Virus record (IMG/VR): IMGVR_UViG_3300044991_001301
Length of the DNA stretch: 64,000 nucleotides
Direction: 5' to 3' (one strand)
Source of the DNA: a virus
Positions 62,059 to 64,000 of the stretch are shown here, piece by piece. Positions within the stretch are counted from its first letter, which is position 1; every line of letters starts with the position of its first letter. A program made the position numbers and the translations under genes. The notes under the pieces were generated by a model. It was given only the letters and a program-made list of their open reading frames with translations, ran no database searches and had not been told where the DNA came from.

Positions 62059-62928
62059 ATGACTACTATACTGAACCAAAATAGCTCTATCAAAAAAACG
62101 TTTTACTTTATGGCCGGACTACCCCGCAGTGGTAGCACTTTGCTTTCATCTATCTTAAATCAAAATCCTCGTATTCACAGTGGCCCAAGTAGCCCAGTCC
62201 ACGGCTTAATGCTTAATCTAGACACTCATATTCGCACAGATGAACTATTCCGAGCTTTCCCCAAGCCAATAGAAGCTAATAAAATAATTGGTTCTATTAT
62301 TGATAACTTTTACAGTGATGTAGATCGTCCAATCATTATCGATAAAAATCGAGCTTGGGTAAATCGTCCCCACTACATTACTGGATACTTAAATACCACT
62401 CCAAAAATTATCTGCCCAGTTCGCAACATAGATGAAATTTTAACTTCATTCATCACCATGTGCCGGCGAAATCCATTTAATGGTGAAAAAATCAATTTCA
62501 TTGATAAAATGTTGATTCAGGCTAACGTAGAGTTGAACGATACTGAACGCTGCCGGGCATTGGTAGGACCCGGAATCATTGGGCAATCATATGACGCTAT
62601 TAAGCAACTATTAGTAGATGGTAAATCCGATATGCTACACTTTGTTGAGTATAACGACCTGATTAGAACCCCCAAAGAAGTTATGCGTAAACTCTATCAG
62701 TTTTTGGGTGAGAAATACTATGATCACGATTTTACCAACATAGTAAATGTTCACCCCGAACAGGATATGGATGTGTATGGATTTGCTGATATGCACCAAG
62801 TTCGCCCTGATATTTCTCGGTTGTCACCCAGTCCTCATGATATTCTGCCAGCTGGCGTCATTAAATCGTGTGTCGATGCTGAGTTCTGGAGAGACTTCGA
62901 TGCAAGTAATACCAATACAACAACATAA
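62059..62928 (+). CDS. Sulfotransferase family protein
   Basis: PAPS-binding loop GLPRSGSTLL; DKNR; VRN...ILTS (3'-PB); VEYNDL. Confidence 0.85.
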   Translation: MTTILNQNSSIKKTFYFMAGLPRSGSTLLSSILNQNPRIHSGPSSPVHGLMLNLDTHIRTDELFRAFPKPIEANKIIGSIIDNFYSDVDRPIIIDKNRAWVNRPHYITGYLNTTPKIICPVRNIDEILTSFITMCRRNPFNGEKINFIDKMLIQANVELNDTERCRALVGPGIIGQSYDAIKQLLVDGKSDMLHFVEYNDLIRTPKEVMRKLYQFLGEKYYDHDFTNIVNVHPEQDMDVYGFADMHQVRPDISRLSPSPHDILPAGVIKSCVDAEFWRDFDASNTNTTT

Positions 62929-62941
62929 CAATAGGTAAGAT

Positions 62942-64000
62942 ATGAAGATAAATGTCACTAAACGTTCTGGATTAATAGAGCAGCTTACTATAGAAAAATG
63001 GCAATCGCAAATCGCTAAAATCTGTACAGGGATAGCGGATGTCAGCCAATCTATGATAGAAATCAAAGCGCAGCCGCATTTCTACGATGGTATAACCACA
63101 CAGGAAATCGACGGTATCACGCTTAGAGCTATCGTAGACTTGATAGATGTAGAATCAAATCCAGATGTTGGTCACACTAATTATCAATACGTGGCAGGTA
63201 AACAACGACTATCTATGTTGCGCAAAGATGTGTATGGTGGATACGAGCCTCCCCGTTTGTTTGATATTGTAAAAACAAACGTAGAAACAGGACTCTATAC
63301 CGCTGAGTTGCTGGTGTGGTATACTGAAGAGGAATGGGATAAAATGGATTCGTTCATTGATCATTCTAAAGACGAGCAATATAGTTATGCCGCCATTGAG
63401 CAACTGATTGAGAAATATCTAGTAAAAAATCGCTCTACCAAACAAAGCTACGAAACGCCACAGGTTAGGTACATTGTTGCAGCCGCCACTGTCTTCCACA
63501 AAGAAGAACCTTTGTCTGCCAGAATGCGTTACATAAAGGAATATTACAATGCAGCCAGTGACGGCTTATTCACTCTCGCTACTCCTGTTCTTGCTGGGCT
63601 TGGCACTCCCACTAAGCAGTTTTCTAGTTGTGTCCTCATTCGCAGTGATGATGATCTTGACAGTATTTTTGCTAGTGGCGAAATGATGGCAAAGTATGCC
63701 AGCAAACGCGCCGGCATTGGTTTAGAAATTGGACGACTACGCCCACTAGGTAGCCCCATTCGCGGTGGTGAGATTATGCACACAGGTATGATTCCATTCT
63801 TAAAGAAATGGTTTGGTGATCTGCGTAGCTGTTCGCAGGGTGGGATCCGCAACGCCAGTGCGACCATCACATATCCAATTTGGCACTATCAATTTGATGA
63901 CCTCATTGTGCTTAAAAACAATCAAGGCACAGAAGAAACTAGAGTTCGGCATATGGACTACAATGTTGTGCTAAATGCGTTCTTCTGGAGACGGTTTAAA
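62942..64000 (+). CDS. nrdA: Ribonucleoside-diphosphate reductase class Ia alpha subunit, 3' end beyond window
   Basis: Not in the ORF track. Reads MKINVTKRSG (ATP cone)...KYLVKNR...ETPQ...LATPVLAGLGTPTKQFSSCVLI..DDDLDSI...AGIG...IRGGE..HTG.IPF...SCSQGGIRNASA. Confidence 0.95.
   Translation, partial: MKINVTKRSGLIEQLTIEKWQSQIAKICTGIADVSQSMIEIKAQPHFYDGITTQEIDGITLRAIVDLIDVESNPDVGHTNYQYVAGKQRLSMLRKDVYGGYEPPRLFDIVKTNVETGLYTAELLVWYTEEEWDKMDSFIDHSKDEQYSYAAIEQLIEKYLVKNRSTKQSYETPQVRYIVAAATVFHKEEPLSARMRYIKEYYNAASDGLFTLATPVLAGLGTPTKQFSSCVLIRSDDDLDSIFASGEMMAKYASKRAGIGLEIGRLRPLGSPIRGGEIMHTGMIPFLKKWFGDLRSCSQGGIRNASATITYPIWHYQFDDLIVLKNNQGTEETRVRHMDYNVVLNAFFWRRFK

Noticed and set aside
63209-63870. Minus-strand ORFs at the right end
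   Set aside because: They are antisense to nrdA, which is clearly the coding frame.
1-64000. Stop-codon reassignment (no called gene ends in TAG)
   Set aside because: Long genes are intact in code 11 with high coding density and no in-frame TAG/TGA interruptions. TAA preference is expected in AT-rich DNA.

Overview
This 64-kb window is part of a large T4-like (myovirus-type) phage genome in the standard genetic code. From left to right it holds: (i) a minus-strand baseplate operon, including a >2300-aa wedge protein that runs off the left edge and is missing from the ORF track, plus gp6-, gp25-, gp5-, hub-, gp53/LysM- and tube-initiator-like genes; (ii) a gp55-like late sigma factor, gp47/gp46 (Mre11/Rad50) and a Holliday-junction resolvase; (iii) a ~530-bp ORF-free, highly structured spacer; (iv) a gp26-like chaperone gene and a tape-measure protein with two peptidoglycan-hydrolase domains; (v) the head module (portal, core, protease, scaffold, major capsid protein); (vi) three HNH-type genes; (vii) ~24 kb of repetitive fibre/adhesin genes; (viii) a sulfotransferase and the 5' part of nrdA, also missing from the track. 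The most interesting signals are a -1 slippery site (T TTT TTC) fusing the gp26-like gene to a start-less gp51-like ORF, a candidate large structured ncRNA followed by GA-mismatch/GCGAAGC hairpins (possible origin), a duplicated and recoded start of the prohead protease gene enclosing a structured insert, a recoded 3' end of the capsid gene next to a homing endonuclease, and systematic TAAATA/TAAGTA-N4-5-ATG leaderless late genes. Product calls rest on recognised motifs and gene order, not database searches.
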